A stretch of DNA of 64,000 bases from an uncultured Chloroflexia bacterium. GTDB lineage: Bacteria; Chloroflexota; Limnocylindria; Limnocylindrales; CSP1-4. Under the pieces are notes generated by a model. The model worked only from the letters and a program-made list of their open reading frames with translations. It did no database searches and was not told where the DNA came from. The stretch is from the NCBI GenBank assembly GCA_963813335.1, contig CAWEYL010000007.1:15447-79446 (forward strand), read 5' to 3'. Positions 19,210-29,576 of the stretch are shown piece after piece; position 1 is the first letter of the stretch; each line of letters begins with the position of its first letter. Made by a program: the position numbers and the translations under genes.

Positions 19210-19569
19210 TCAGGCGGGGACGAACTCGTGGTCGTCGCGGTGGATCCCGTCGCACAGGCCCCAGCGCGTGGCGCCGTCGGGGCCGACGATCGGCACGGGC
19301 CGCATGATCTCGCGGACCTCGCCACGACGGCAGAACAGGTAGCCCTTCGCGGCCATCCAGTGGCGGACGTGGGCGGGGTCGCCGTGGAACTGGAACGGCC
19401 CCGGATTGATCGCCGGGCGCCCGGCCCACGAGACCGGCGTCTCGGCGGTGACGATGTCGAGGAGGTTGATCCGCCAGGGCGTGCCGTCGATGACCTCGAG
19501 GCAGCCGTCGCACCGCTTCGACACGTTGTCGTCGGTGATCGTGCGGATCGTCACGCCCATGATCTCCAT
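19210..19569 (-). CDS. Small hypothetical Cys/His protein
   Basis: CDGC..FH..H..FC..CDGIH..H; TACCAT upstream of ATG. Confidence 0.7.
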   Translation of the reverse strand: MEIMGVTIRTITDDNVSKRCDGCLEVIDGTPWRINLLDIVTAETPVSWAGRPAINPGPFQFHGDPAHVRHWMAAKGYLFCRRGEVREIMRPVPIVGPDGATRWGLCDGIHRDDHEFVPA

Positions 19570-19628
19570 CGCCGGCGATGGTAGCAGGGGGAGCGCGGAG
19601 CGCGAGGGACGGCCGGTGGCGGGCGGCC

Positions 19629-19787
19629 TCAGCGGGACTGGAGCGACGACATCACCGAACCGCCGAGCGAGGGGACGTGCGGTTTCGGCAGGGCCTTGCA
19701 GGAGCTCAGACCACCCGCCAGGACGATGGCAAGGATGACCATCGGGATGCAACGCGAACGCCGGGAGCGCCGTCCAGCGTTGCGCAT
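19629..19787 (-). CDS. Putative 52-aa small lipoprotein or remnant
   Basis: ATG overlaps upstream stop (TGATG); MRNAGRRSRRSRCIPMVILAIVLAGGLSSC with lipobox-like LSSC. Confidence 0.4.
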   Translation of the reverse strand: MRNAGRRSRRSRCIPMVILAIVLAGGLSSCKALPKPHVPSLGGSVMSSLQSR

Positions 19788-20419
19788 CAAGACGGCCCCA
19801 AGGTGTCGATGACCAGTTCCGCGAAGGTGGAGACCACTTCAGGGACCGCTGCCTCCGCGAATCCCAGGATGGCCACGGTCATGCTCCGGCCGTCAGGCAG
19901 CATCATCAGGTAGTCGACCTCCTGGGCGGTCGGTGCGGAACCAAGGCTGAACGCGTACGCCAGCCGGACAGCCGGTCCGGACGCCAGCGACACGGTGGTC
20001 TGGTCGATGTTCCCGGCGCCGAAGACCGCCGTGTCCAGCTGGCGCTGGCGCTGCACGAACGCATCGATCGACGCATCCCCCAATTCGATGATCACGACGA
20101 CGGCGGCGGTGTCGAACCCGCCGATCAACGTCGGCATCTGACCCGTCATCCGCAGCCGCATCTTGCCGGAAGTCGCCAGCTCGTTGGTCGACTCGATGCT
20201 GGCGACTTCCGCGGGGGACAGCGACCCCTCGGACGGATCAAAGGTCTGGCGGGGGTCTTCGTCCTGCCACTCCGGCGGGACGGCGAGGTGCATCGCCGGA
20301 TCCGACCACGTCCGATACGTCCATCCGGCCGGGATCGGGCGCGGCGTCGGCGTCGGGGTCGGGGCGGTCGCGCATGCGGAGATCAGCAGCGCGACCACCA
20401 TGGCTCCGACTCTGAGCAC
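19787..20419 (-). CDS. Putative lipoprotein
   Basis: VVALLISAC lipobox, PT linker, LAVPPEW. Confidence 0.65.
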   Translation of the reverse strand: MLRVGAMVVALLISACATAPTPTPTPRPIPAGWTYRTWSDPAMHLAVPPEWQDEDPRQTFDPSEGSLSPAEVASIESTNELATSGKMRLRMTGQMPTLIGGFDTAAVVVIIELGDASIDAFVQRQRQLDTAVFGAGNIDQTTVSLASGPAVRLAYAFSLGSAPTAQEVDYLMMLPDGRSMTVAILGFAEAAVPEVVSTFAELVIDTLGPS

Positions 20420-20461
20420 GACAGGGCTCCAGCAGTGACCGTCTCGTCGGGCGCCCTGAGG

Positions 20462-20538
20462 TGGTACCCCCAAGGGGATTCGAACCCCTGATCTCCACCT
20501 TGAAAGGGTGGCGTCCTAGGCCTCTAGACGATGGGGGC
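20462..20538 (-). tRNA. tRNA-Glu(UUC)
   Basis: Reverse complement GCCCCCATCGTCTAGAGGCCTAGGACGCCACCCTTTCAAGGTGGAGATCAGGGGTTCGAATCCCCTTGGGGGTACCA; TTC anticodon, T-loop GTTCGAAT, encoded CCA. Confidence 0.97.
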
Positions 20539-20580
20539 AGGGGCGCACGGACCGGGGCCGAGTCTAGCAGAGGGACCCTG

Positions 20581-20964
20581 TCAGCCCGCCGTCTGGCGAA
20601 GCAGGATGAGGATGATCGCGCCCGCCACGCAGCCGGCTCCGATCATCGCCGCGAGCCCACCTCCCACGGCCAGCGCGAGGGCTCGTCCGTCGCGTCCGGC
20701 GAGGCTCGAGCGCCACACCGCCCGCGCGCAATACGCGGCGAGCGCGATGAACACGATCGCCAGGATCACGAGCCCCGACACCAGCAGCGGGATCTGCGAC
20801 GCGTCGCGGACGGTGAGGACGAACACCGTGTACACGACCGACCCGATGAGCGCGATCGCCAGGATCACGACGCCGGGCGAGATGCGCCGGCCCGGGCGGG
20901 CGTCGGCGCCGGACGCGGCGGGCGTCGAGCGCGGGTCCGGGCGGGCCTGTCGAGAGGAGGTCAT
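20581..20964 (-). CDS. Small 3-TM membrane protein
   Basis: Three hydrophobic segments; TAGGCT upstream of ATG. Confidence 0.7.
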   Translation of the reverse strand: MTSSRQARPDPRSTPAASGADARPGRRISPGVVILAIALIGSVVYTVFVLTVRDASQIPLLVSGLVILAIVFIALAAYCARAVWRSSLAGRDGRALALAVGGGLAAMIGAGCVAGAIILILLRQTAG

Positions 20965-21009
20965 CGGCGCGAAGCCTACCAGCCGATGCCGTCGGACCCG
21001 CCCGGCGGG

Positions 21010-21651
21010 CTACCCGACGGGCGTCGCCCGCGGGGCCGCGCCGTCGCCGAAGGAGCGGTGGTAGACCGCGACGTTGTACGAGAGCCGTGGCCGCGTCATC
21101 GCCGCGCCGACCGCCTTGCCGGGCTCGCCGAACGCGTCGGCGAGGAAGCCCTGGCCGTCCTCGATCGACTCGAAGGTCCAGAAGCAGTGGATGACCCGGA
21201 TCTTGAACCCACCGCGCAGGAACGGCCCGTCGCGGCGGCTCCACTGGCCGTACTCGGGCCGGTCGTCGTGCAGCCGCGACACGTCGTCGCGGCCGTAGTC
21301 GTGGACCGCCAGAAGGCGTCCGCCGGGTCGCAGGATCCGGGCGACCTCCGCCATCTCCGTGGGGAGGACGCCGCGGAACGAGGTCCAGCAGCCGACGACG
21401 ACGTCGATCGACGCGTCGTCGACCTCGGCCGCCGGCGTGCCGTCGATGGGCCCGCCGACCACGACGCGGGCGCCGAGCCCCTCGAGCTGCGCCGCACGGA
21501 TCCCGCCCGGCTGCCCGTCGACGAGGTACACGTCCCGGCCGGCGACCGGCCCGAGGGTCTCGAGGGCGCGCGGGATCTTGGCCTCGACATCGAGGGCGCG
21601 CTGAAGCCGTCCCGCCAGAGCGGCGTCCAGCTCGATCGGGTAGTCGGCCAT
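21010..21651 (-). CDS. Methyltransferase-fold protein with degenerate motif I
   Basis: DDASIDVVV..EVARILRPGGRL; motif I atypical (LVDGQPGG). Confidence 0.7.
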   Translation of the reverse strand: MADYPIELDAALAGRLQRALDVEAKIPRALETLGPVAGRDVYLVDGQPGGIRAAQLEGLGARVVVGGPIDGTPAAEVDDASIDVVVGCWTSFRGVLPTEMAEVARILRPGGRLLAVHDYGRDDVSRLHDDRPEYGQWSRRDGPFLRGGFKIRVIHCFWTFESIEDGQGFLADAFGEPGKAVGAAMTRPRLSYNVAVYHRSFGDGAAPRATPVG

Positions 21652-21676
21652 CGAAGGCGGCAGTATAGGGTCGCGC

Positions 21677-23173
21677 TCAGCCGAGACGTAGCACGGAACC
21701 GCTTCGTGCGCCGAGCACGAGTGCCGAGCCGTCGACCTCGGGCGATGGCCCATCGGCCCCGTCCGCCGCGGTCGAGAAGACCGGCTCGAGGCGCGCCCGG
21801 TCGCCCGCTCCCTCGAGCCCGACCTCCAGCCGGGCCGGCTCGTCCGAGGCGTTGACGGCCACGACGAGACGCGCGTCCCCGAGCCGCCGGTCGATGGCCA
21901 CGGCCCCGCCCTCCGCCGCGACCACAGTGGTGCTCCCAGCCCGCAGCGCGGGTTCCGCTCGGCGCAAGCCGACCAGGTCGCGGACATACGCGTGCAGCGG
22001 GCCATCCCAGCGCGACTCGTCCCACGGGAAGGCGCCGCGGCAGTCCGGGTCGTTCCCGCCGGCCAGGCCCACCTCGTCCCCGTAGTAGAGGCACGGCGCG
22101 CCGGGCAGGGTCAGCTGGAGGAGCGCGGCGATGCGCACGCCGTCCGGATCCCCGCCGAGGATCGAGCGCAGCCGCGGCGTGTCGTGCGAGCCCAGCAGGT
22201 TGAACTGGACGGCGACGACGTCGGGGTCGTAGGCCGCGAGCAGCTCGCCGAGCCGCGCGGCGAAGGCGGGCCCGTCGATCGGGGTGATCGTCGCGCCGTA
22301 CTCGCGGTGCGCGTGGACGACGCCCATGTCCAGGTGCGAACCGCCCGCGAACCCGAGGATCGCCTCCGCGAGCGGGTAGTCCATCAGGGCGTCGAAACGG
22401 CCGCCGGACAGCCATTCCGGGGCCACGCGCCAGATCTCGCCGACCAGGTAGGCGTCGGGCCGGATCGCGCGGCAGCGCGCCCGGAACTCCTCCCAGAACC
22501 CGGGTTCGTGGATCTCGTCGGGGACGTCGAGCCGCCAGCCGTCGGTGCCGAACCGCAGCCAGTGCTCGGCGACGCTCATCAGGTACTCGCGGACGGCAGG
22601 GTCGGCGGCGTTCAGCCGCGGGAGGGCCGGGATCCCCCACCACGCCTCGTAGCCGATCTGGCTCGACGGCGTCCCGAACGGCGGGTAGGCGAGGATCGGC
22701 CGGCCCGCGTCGAGTGCGCCCTGGTCGAAGTGGAACCAGGAGCGGTACGGCGACGACGCCCCGGTCTCAAGGACGTGATGGAACGGCCAGAAGCCGCGCC
22801 CCGTGTGGTTGAAGACCCCGTCGAGGATCACCCGCATCCCGCGGCCATGGGCCGCGTCGAGCAGTTCGCGCAGGGCGGCGTCGCCACCGAGGAGCGGGTC
22901 GACCGTGAAGTAGTCGTAGGTGTGGTAGCGGTGGTTCGACGCCGACGAGAAGACCGGGTTGAGGTAGATCGCGTCGATCCCCAGGTCCTCGAGGTAGGGC
23001 AGGCGCTCGGCGATCCCCAGCAGGTCGCCGCCCTTGAAGCCGGTCGCCGTCGGCGGCGCGTCCCACGGCTGGAGAGGCCCGGGCTTGGGGACCCGCTCGC
23101 TCGCGGCGAAGCGGTCCGGGAAGATCTGGTAGAAGACCGCATCGCGGGCCCAGGCCGGCGTGTCGACAGGCAT
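21677..23173 (-). CDS. GH13 alpha-amylase/neopullulanase-like glycosidase
   Basis: FYQIFPDRF, SNHRYHT, DGVFNH, DGWRLDV, VGEIW, SHDT, YYGDE. Confidence 0.94.
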   Translation of the reverse strand: MPVDTPAWARDAVFYQIFPDRFAASERVPKPGPLQPWDAPPTATGFKGGDLLGIAERLPYLEDLGIDAIYLNPVFSSASNHRYHTYDYFTVDPLLGGDAALRELLDAAHGRGMRVILDGVFNHTGRGFWPFHHVLETGASSPYRSWFHFDQGALDAGRPILAYPPFGTPSSQIGYEAWWGIPALPRLNAADPAVREYLMSVAEHWLRFGTDGWRLDVPDEIHEPGFWEEFRARCRAIRPDAYLVGEIWRVAPEWLSGGRFDALMDYPLAEAILGFAGGSHLDMGVVHAHREYGATITPIDGPAFAARLGELLAAYDPDVVAVQFNLLGSHDTPRLRSILGGDPDGVRIAALLQLTLPGAPCLYYGDEVGLAGGNDPDCRGAFPWDESRWDGPLHAYVRDLVGLRRAEPALRAGSTTVVAAEGGAVAIDRRLGDARLVVAVNASDEPARLEVGLEGAGDRARLEPVFSTAADGADGPSPEVDGSALVLGARSGSVLRLG

Positions 23174-23223
23174 GCGGCCCAGTGTGGCGGCTCGGAGCCG
23201 GTGCTGCGGTACGATCGGCACCC

Positions 23224-23595
23224 ATGCTCGACCGCGTCCGCGAGATGCCCGGCGGCATCCGCCTGTTCCTCGCCTACGCCTTCCTGATCCTCGCCGGGAT
23301 CGGGCTCAGCCTGCGCTTCGTGATCGACCAGGCGATCAGCGCCCCGGTCAGCCTGCCCGGGGTGGTGGTGATGGTCCTGCTCGCCTATACGATCTTCACG
23401 ACCACGCTCGTGCTCCAGCGGAAGCAGGCCGCGCGGAATCTCGCGCTCGGGCTGGCGAGCCTGACGGTGCCGCTGATCCCGCTGCTGCTGCTGAGCGGCC
23501 TGGTCCCGCAGACCATCTTCGTGACCGCGCTGTCCATCCTGCTGTTCCGCGGCCTCCTCCGACCCGAGGTCCAGGCCTACCTCAACGAGGCCTGA
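23224..23595 (+). CDS. Small membrane protein
   Basis: Four hydrophobic segments, C-terminal RPEVQAYL. Confidence 0.7.
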   Translation: MLDRVREMPGGIRLFLAYAFLILAGIGLSLRFVIDQAISAPVSLPGVVVMVLLAYTIFTTTLVLQRKQAARNLALGLASLTVPLIPLLLLSGLVPQTIFVTALSILLFRGLLRPEVQAYLNEA

Positions 23596-23690
23596 ACGGC
23601 CCGATGGGGTACCCTCTCGGCGCGCGGCCACCGTCGCCGCCGGGTCCAGCGAGATCCCGCGACCCTTCCGACCGCACCTGAGGCATCCAC

Positions 23691-24746
23691 GTGAGCAAGG
23701 CTTCCCGCCGGCGTCAGCAACCCGGCACCCGACCGGCCACCGGCACGTCCCCCGCGCCTGGCACGATCCCGGCAGCGGCGACCTCGACGGGGACGGCCCC
23801 GTCCGGCGCGTCGGCCGCCGCGCCGTCCGCCGCCGCGGGCTCGGGTACCACCTCGCGGACGAGCGGCCAGACGACCAGGACCAGCCAGGGGCCCGGCGGC
23901 ACGAGCCGGACCGGCCGCCGACCCACGTCGCGGACCTACCGCCAGCAGCAGCGGTCCTTCGCCGAGCGCTACCGCGGCTTGATCATCGCGGTCGCGGCGC
24001 TCGCCGGTGTCGCCCTGATCGGGCTCTTCGTCTTCGCCTCGGCGTCCGCCCCCGCCTACGCCTGCTCGACGCTCTTCGACCCGGCGCCGACGGCCAGCCC
24101 GGCAGCCGGCGCGACGCCGAACTGGGGCTACCCGCAGGACGACATGGGCAGGAGCCATCTCGCGGCGGGGACCAAGGTCACCTACACGTATTGCCCGCCC
24201 GCCAGTGGCAACCACTACAACGCCTCCGGCCTCGGACCGATCCAGCCACGGGTCTACGGACCCAACGACAAGACCATCCCGCAAGGCTGGATCCACAACC
24301 TGGAGCACGGGGCGCTGGTGCTGCTGTACCGCGGGGACAGCTCGGGCGCGACCCCGGAGGGCCAGCAGGCGCTCAAGGACTTCTTCTCGGTCTTCCCGGC
24401 CAGCCCGGTCTGCCAGGTCCCGCCGGGCACCACGGTCGGGCCAGTGTTCACGCGCTTCGACAGCATGAAGACGCCGTTCGCGGCCCTCGTCTGGGACCGC
24501 GTCCTGCCCCTGCAGGACCTGGACAAGGACGCGATCACCGCGTTCTACGCGCAGTGGGGCGAGCAGCTCAACCCGGAACCCCAGTGCACCCAGCCCAGCC
24601 CGAGTGCCAGCCCCGGCGCGAGCTCGAGCGCGAGCCCCGGCGCGAGCTCGAGCGCGAGCCCATCCGCCAGTCCGGCCGGCAGCCCGTCGGCGAGCCCGTC
24701 CGCGAACCCCAGCGCGAGCGCAGCGGCGTCCGCCAGCCCGAGCTGA
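23691..24746 (+). CDS. DUF3105 domain protein
   Basis: [24 protein letters not shown]; Ser/Pro-rich tail. Confidence 0.8.
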   Translation: MSKASRRRQQPGTRPATGTSPAPGTIPAAATSTGTAPSGASAAAPSAAAGSGTTSRTSGQTTRTSQGPGGTSRTGRRPTSRTYRQQQRSFAERYRGLIIAVAALAGVALIGLFVFASASAPAYACSTLFDPAPTASPAAGATPNWGYPQDDMGRSHLAAGTKVTYTYCPPASGNHYNASGLGPIQPRVYGPNDKTIPQGWIHNLEHGALVLLYRGDSSGATPEGQQALKDFFSVFPASPVCQVPPGTTVGPVFTRFDSMKTPFAALVWDRVLPLQDLDKDAITAFYAQWGEQLNPEPQCTQPSPSASPGASSSASPGASSSASPSASPAGSPSASPSANPSASAAASASPS

Positions 24747-24756
24747 CCGGCACGCC

Positions 24757-25782
24757 ATGCTGGCCCTGGTCAAGCCCGAGGCGGGACCGGGGCTCGTCCT
24801 GCGCGAGGTCCCGGAACCCACGATCGGGATCAACGACGTCCTGATCCGCGTCCACAAGACGGGGATCTGCGGCACGGACCTGCACATCGAGTCGTGGGAC
24901 CCGTGGGCGGCGAAGACCATCCACCCGCCGCTGATCGTCGGCCACGAGTTCGTCGGCGAGATCGTGGACGTCGGGTCCAACGTGGTGGACTTCCACGCCG
25001 GCGACCTCGTCAGCGGCGAGGGCCACGTGGTCTGCGGGCGCTGCCGCCACTGCCTCGCCGGACGGCGCCACCTGTGCGCCAACACCATCGGCCTGGGCGT
25101 CGGCCGCGACGGCGCCTTCGCGGAGTTCGTCGCCCTGCCGATGACCAACATCTGGCACCACTGGTCCGGCATCGACGAGGAGATCGCGGCGATCTTCGAC
25201 CCGTTCGGCAACGCGGTCCATACCGCGCTCGCGTTCCCCGTCCTCGGCGAGGACGTGCTGATCTCGGGGGCCGGACCCATCGGCCTGATGGCGACCGCGA
25301 TCGTCCGCCACGCCGGGGCGCGCCACATCGTCGTGAGCGAACCGAACGCCTACCGGCGCGACCTCGCGATGCGGATGGGCGCGTCGCTGGCCATCGACCC
25401 GCGCGAGCGCGACCTCGCGCGACGTCTTCGGCGAGCTCGACATGGTCGAGGGCTACGATGTCGCGCTCGAGATGTCGGGCAACGCGTCCGCGCTCCGCGG
25501 CGCCATCTCGGCCATGGCCCACGGCGGGGCGATCGCCCTCCTCGGCATCCCGACCGGCGAGATCCCGCTCGACATCAACGAGGTCGTCTTCAAGTCGCTG
25601 ACGCTGCGCGGCATCTACGGCCGCGAGATGTACGAGACCTGGTACAAGATGACGGTCATGCTCCAGTCCGGGCTGGACATCCGGCCGGCCATCACCCATC
25701 GCTTCGGCTTCCGCGAGTTCGAGGCGGCCTTCGCCGCGGCCCGCCACGGCGATTCCGGCAAGGTCGTGATGGACTGGACCGC

Positions 25783-25786
<4 letters not shown>
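24757..25786 (+). CDS. tdh: L-threonine 3-dehydrogenase (+1 frameshift ~25418)
   Basis: [39 protein letters not shown]; second frame [16 protein letters not shown]. Confidence 0.93.
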
Positions 25787-27008
<1,222 letters not shown>

Positions 27009-27012
<4 letters not shown>

Positions 27013-27840
27013 CCGAGGACCGTCGCGGCCGCCACCTGCCGCTGGACGCGCACCTCCACACGGACCTGTCGCCTGACAGCGACGTCCCGATCGACGTCTA
27101 CGCCCAGCAGGCAGCCGAGCTGGGCATCCGCGAGCTGGCGATCACCGACCACCTCGACTTCGAGCCCGGGGCGCCGGCCTTCGGCTACTCGACCTTCGCC
27201 GACCGCGAGCGCGTCGTCCGCGACGCCGCCGAGCGCTGGGGCCCGCTGGGGGTCACGATCCGGTTCGGGATCGAGCTGACCTACGACCGGTCGTGGGAGG
27301 CGGACATCCGCGATCACCTGCGCCGGCACGCGCTACGACTTCACCATCGGCTCGGTCCACGACCGGGTCCGTTCGCCGTATCACGCCGCCAACGTCGCGG
27401 GCTGGGTCGCCGGCCGGCCGCTGGCGGAGATCGTGGCACCCGCATTCGACGAGGTCGAGGCGGCCGCTCGCTCGGGGCTCTTCGACACCATCGGGCACAT
27501 CGACGTCGTCAAGCGCTACCTCCATCCGCACGTCCTCCCGGAGCGGTTCACCGAGCAGCCCGAGCTGTACGAGCCGATCCTGCGGGCGCTCCTCGAGAGC
27601 GGTACCGCGCTCGAGGTCAACACCAGCGGCCTCCGCCACGGGCCGGCCGAGACGTATCCGTCGGCGGCCGTCGTGGCCCGCTTCCGCGAGCTCGGCGGGG
27701 TGCGGGTCACGATCGGGTCGGACGCCCATCGCGCGAAGCACTTCGCGTGGGCCCTCGGCGACGGATACGACATCGCGCGATCGGCCGGCTTCGAGCGCAT
27801 CGCCTTCCGCGACGAGGAACGAGCCCTTCCGCCACGCTAG
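27009..27840 (+). CDS. PHP-domain phosphatase, HisJ family (+1 frameshift ~27332)
   Basis: DAHLHT, ITDH, GSVH, GHID, EVNTSG, GSDAH. Confidence 0.85.
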
Positions 27841-27850
27841 GCTACGGACC

Positions 27851-28615
27851 GTGGACCTGACCGTCGTCGGCGCCGGACCCTCCTACACCGATCGCCCTGG
27901 CGCGACCGGTGCGGCGTATCTCCTGACGCTCGACGGCCACAGCCTCCTGCTCGACCTGGGCCAGGGCTCGTTCACGCGGCTGGCTGGCCTGCTGGACCCG
28001 GCCACGCTCGACGCCGTCCTCGTGAGCCACCTCCACCCCGACCACTTCATCGACCTGGTCCCGCTCCGCATCTACCTGCGCTGGGAGCCGCCGCGCGGCC
28101 GGCGGGTGCGGGTCGCCGGACCCGCCGGGCTGGCGGACCGGCTCGATGCCCTGCATGCCGAGCCAGGGTTCACGGCCGCGGCGCTCGACGTGGAGACGCT
28201 TGCCGAGGGGACGTTCACGGTCGGCGGGCCGGGCGGCTTCGTGGTCGAGGCCCGCTTCGTCAGGCACGACGGTCCGAGCTTCGGCTTCCGTGCGACGCGG
28301 GCGGACGGCACGGGTCCGGGGCTCGTCTACTCGGGCGACTGCGGGCGCGCGGCGGACCTCGAGCCGCTGATCCGCCCGGGCGACGTGCTGCTCAGCGAAG
28401 TCAGCTTCGGGCCCGGGCCGGTCCCGGCCGACGCGCAGCACCTCGATGGGCCGATCGTGGGCGACCTCGCGGCGCGGACCAGCGCGGGCCGCGTGCTGCT
28501 GACGCACCTGCAGATGGGCTTCGACCGCGATGCGACCGTCGCCTCGGTCCGCTTGCGCTACGACGGGCCGGTCGAGCTGGTCGATCCGGGCATGCGCTTC
28601 ACCCTCGGCACCTGA
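27851..28615 (+). CDS. MBL-fold metallo-hydrolase (RNase Z-like)
   Basis: LLDLG, SHLHPDH, YSGD, LLTHL. Confidence 0.88.
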   Translation: MDLTVVGAGPSYTDRPGATGAAYLLTLDGHSLLLDLGQGSFTRLAGLLDPATLDAVLVSHLHPDHFIDLVPLRIYLRWEPPRGRRVRVAGPAGLADRLDALHAEPGFTAAALDVETLAEGTFTVGGPGGFVVEARFVRHDGPSFGFRATRADGTGPGLVYSGDCGRAADLEPLIRPGDVLLSEVSFGPGPVPADAQHLDGPIVGDLAARTSAGRVLLTHLQMGFDRDATVASVRLRYDGPVELVDPGMRFTLGT

Positions 28616-28619
28616 ATCG

Positions 28620-28649
28620 AACGGACCGGGCCCGAAGGCCCGGTCCGTT
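28620..28649. terminator. Perfect 13-bp hairpin between convergent genes
   Basis: aacggaccgggcc-cgaa-ggcccggtccgtt. Confidence 0.7.
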
Positions 28650-28693
28650 GCCGTTCACGCTGTGGGGGTCGGCCGTCGGCCGACACCGTTGGC

Positions 28694-29284
28694 TCAGTCG
28701 CGGTCGCCCTTGCGAACGCGCTTCGGGGTCAGGAACAGGATGCCCGCGCTCAGGCTGCTGATGAGCAGGAGCACGAGGGCCCAGCTGCTGCCGGTCGACG
28801 ACTGGGTCGCGCCCAGGGTGTCGGTCGGCGGGAGGGTCGGGTTGTTCGGGCCGGAGGTCGCAGCGTCGACCTCGCCGGGGGGCGTGACGCACTGGCCCTG
28901 TTCGTTCGGGACCTGGGGCGCTGTGCATTCGGGCCCGGTGGGCTGCGAGGGCTCGGTGCTCGACGTGGGCTCCGTGCTCGCGGTCGGCTCGGTGCTGGCC
29001 GTGGGCTCCGTGCTGGCGGTCGGCTCGGTGCTCGACGTGGGTTCGGTGCTGGCGGTCGGCTCGGTGCTGGCCGTGGGCTCGGTGCTCGCGGTCGGCTCGG
29101 TGCTGGCGGTCGGCTCCGTGCTCTGGGACGGCTCCGTGCTCTGGGACGGCTCCGTCGACGGATGTGGGTGGTTATGCGCCGCGACCGACGTCGGGACGGC
29201 GAGTGCCGCCAGGACCAGCATCGGGATGGCCAACCATGTGAGTCTGCGGGTCGCGGTGCCCCGCCCGGCGCGTGATCGGTTCAT
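28694..29284 (-). CDS. Secreted Ser/Thr-repeat surface protein with LPPT-TM-basic C-terminal sorting-like signal
   Basis: Signal peptide, 12 x STEP(T/S)x, TLPPTDT, TM, KRVRK. Confidence 0.8.
   Translation of the reverse strand: MNRSRAGRGTATRRLTWLAIPMLVLAALAVPTSVAAHNHPHPSTEPSQSTEPSQSTEPTASTEPTASTEPTASTEPTASTEPTSSTEPTASTEPTASTEPTASTEPTSSTEPSQPTGPECTAPQVPNEQGQCVTPPGEVDAATSGPNNPTLPPTDTLGATQSSTGSSWALVLLLISSLSAGILFLTPKRVRKGDRD
28943..29158. repeat. 12 x 18-bp degenerate tandem repeat (STEPTA)
   Basis: Counted from the translation. Confidence 0.9.
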
Positions 29285-29576
29285 CGATCATTTCCCCAAA
29301 AGGGAGGCACGCTGGCCTCGGATGAATGGTTTGCCGAACGGTGAGGGCGACGATCCCCGATGCCCTGCCTCCGACCGAGGCTGATGTTGTCAGGGCGGCT
29401 AGTACTCGTCCAGTACCGCCGGATGAACCTGACCGCACCAGTCCATCGCGGACTGTACCAGAACCCAGTCACGTACCGGTGCACGCCGACACCGAGGGTC
29501 CTGCCCGCGGCAGTACCAAGGTCCCGACCCCGTGTCGGCGGGCGGTGCACTGGTTCGCGCGGCTACCATTCGCGCC

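Noticed and set aside
24590-24746. 24-bp duplication and SPSA repeats
   Set aside because: Low-complexity protein tail of the DUF3105 protein
28943-29158. 18-bp repeat array as CRISPR
   Set aside because: Contiguous coding repeats without spacers; no cas genes
29310-29345. GGCAAACCATTC on the minus strand resembling the start of a c-di-GMP-I riboswitch
   Set aside because: The following GNRA-capped stem and GACGCAAAGC segment are missing
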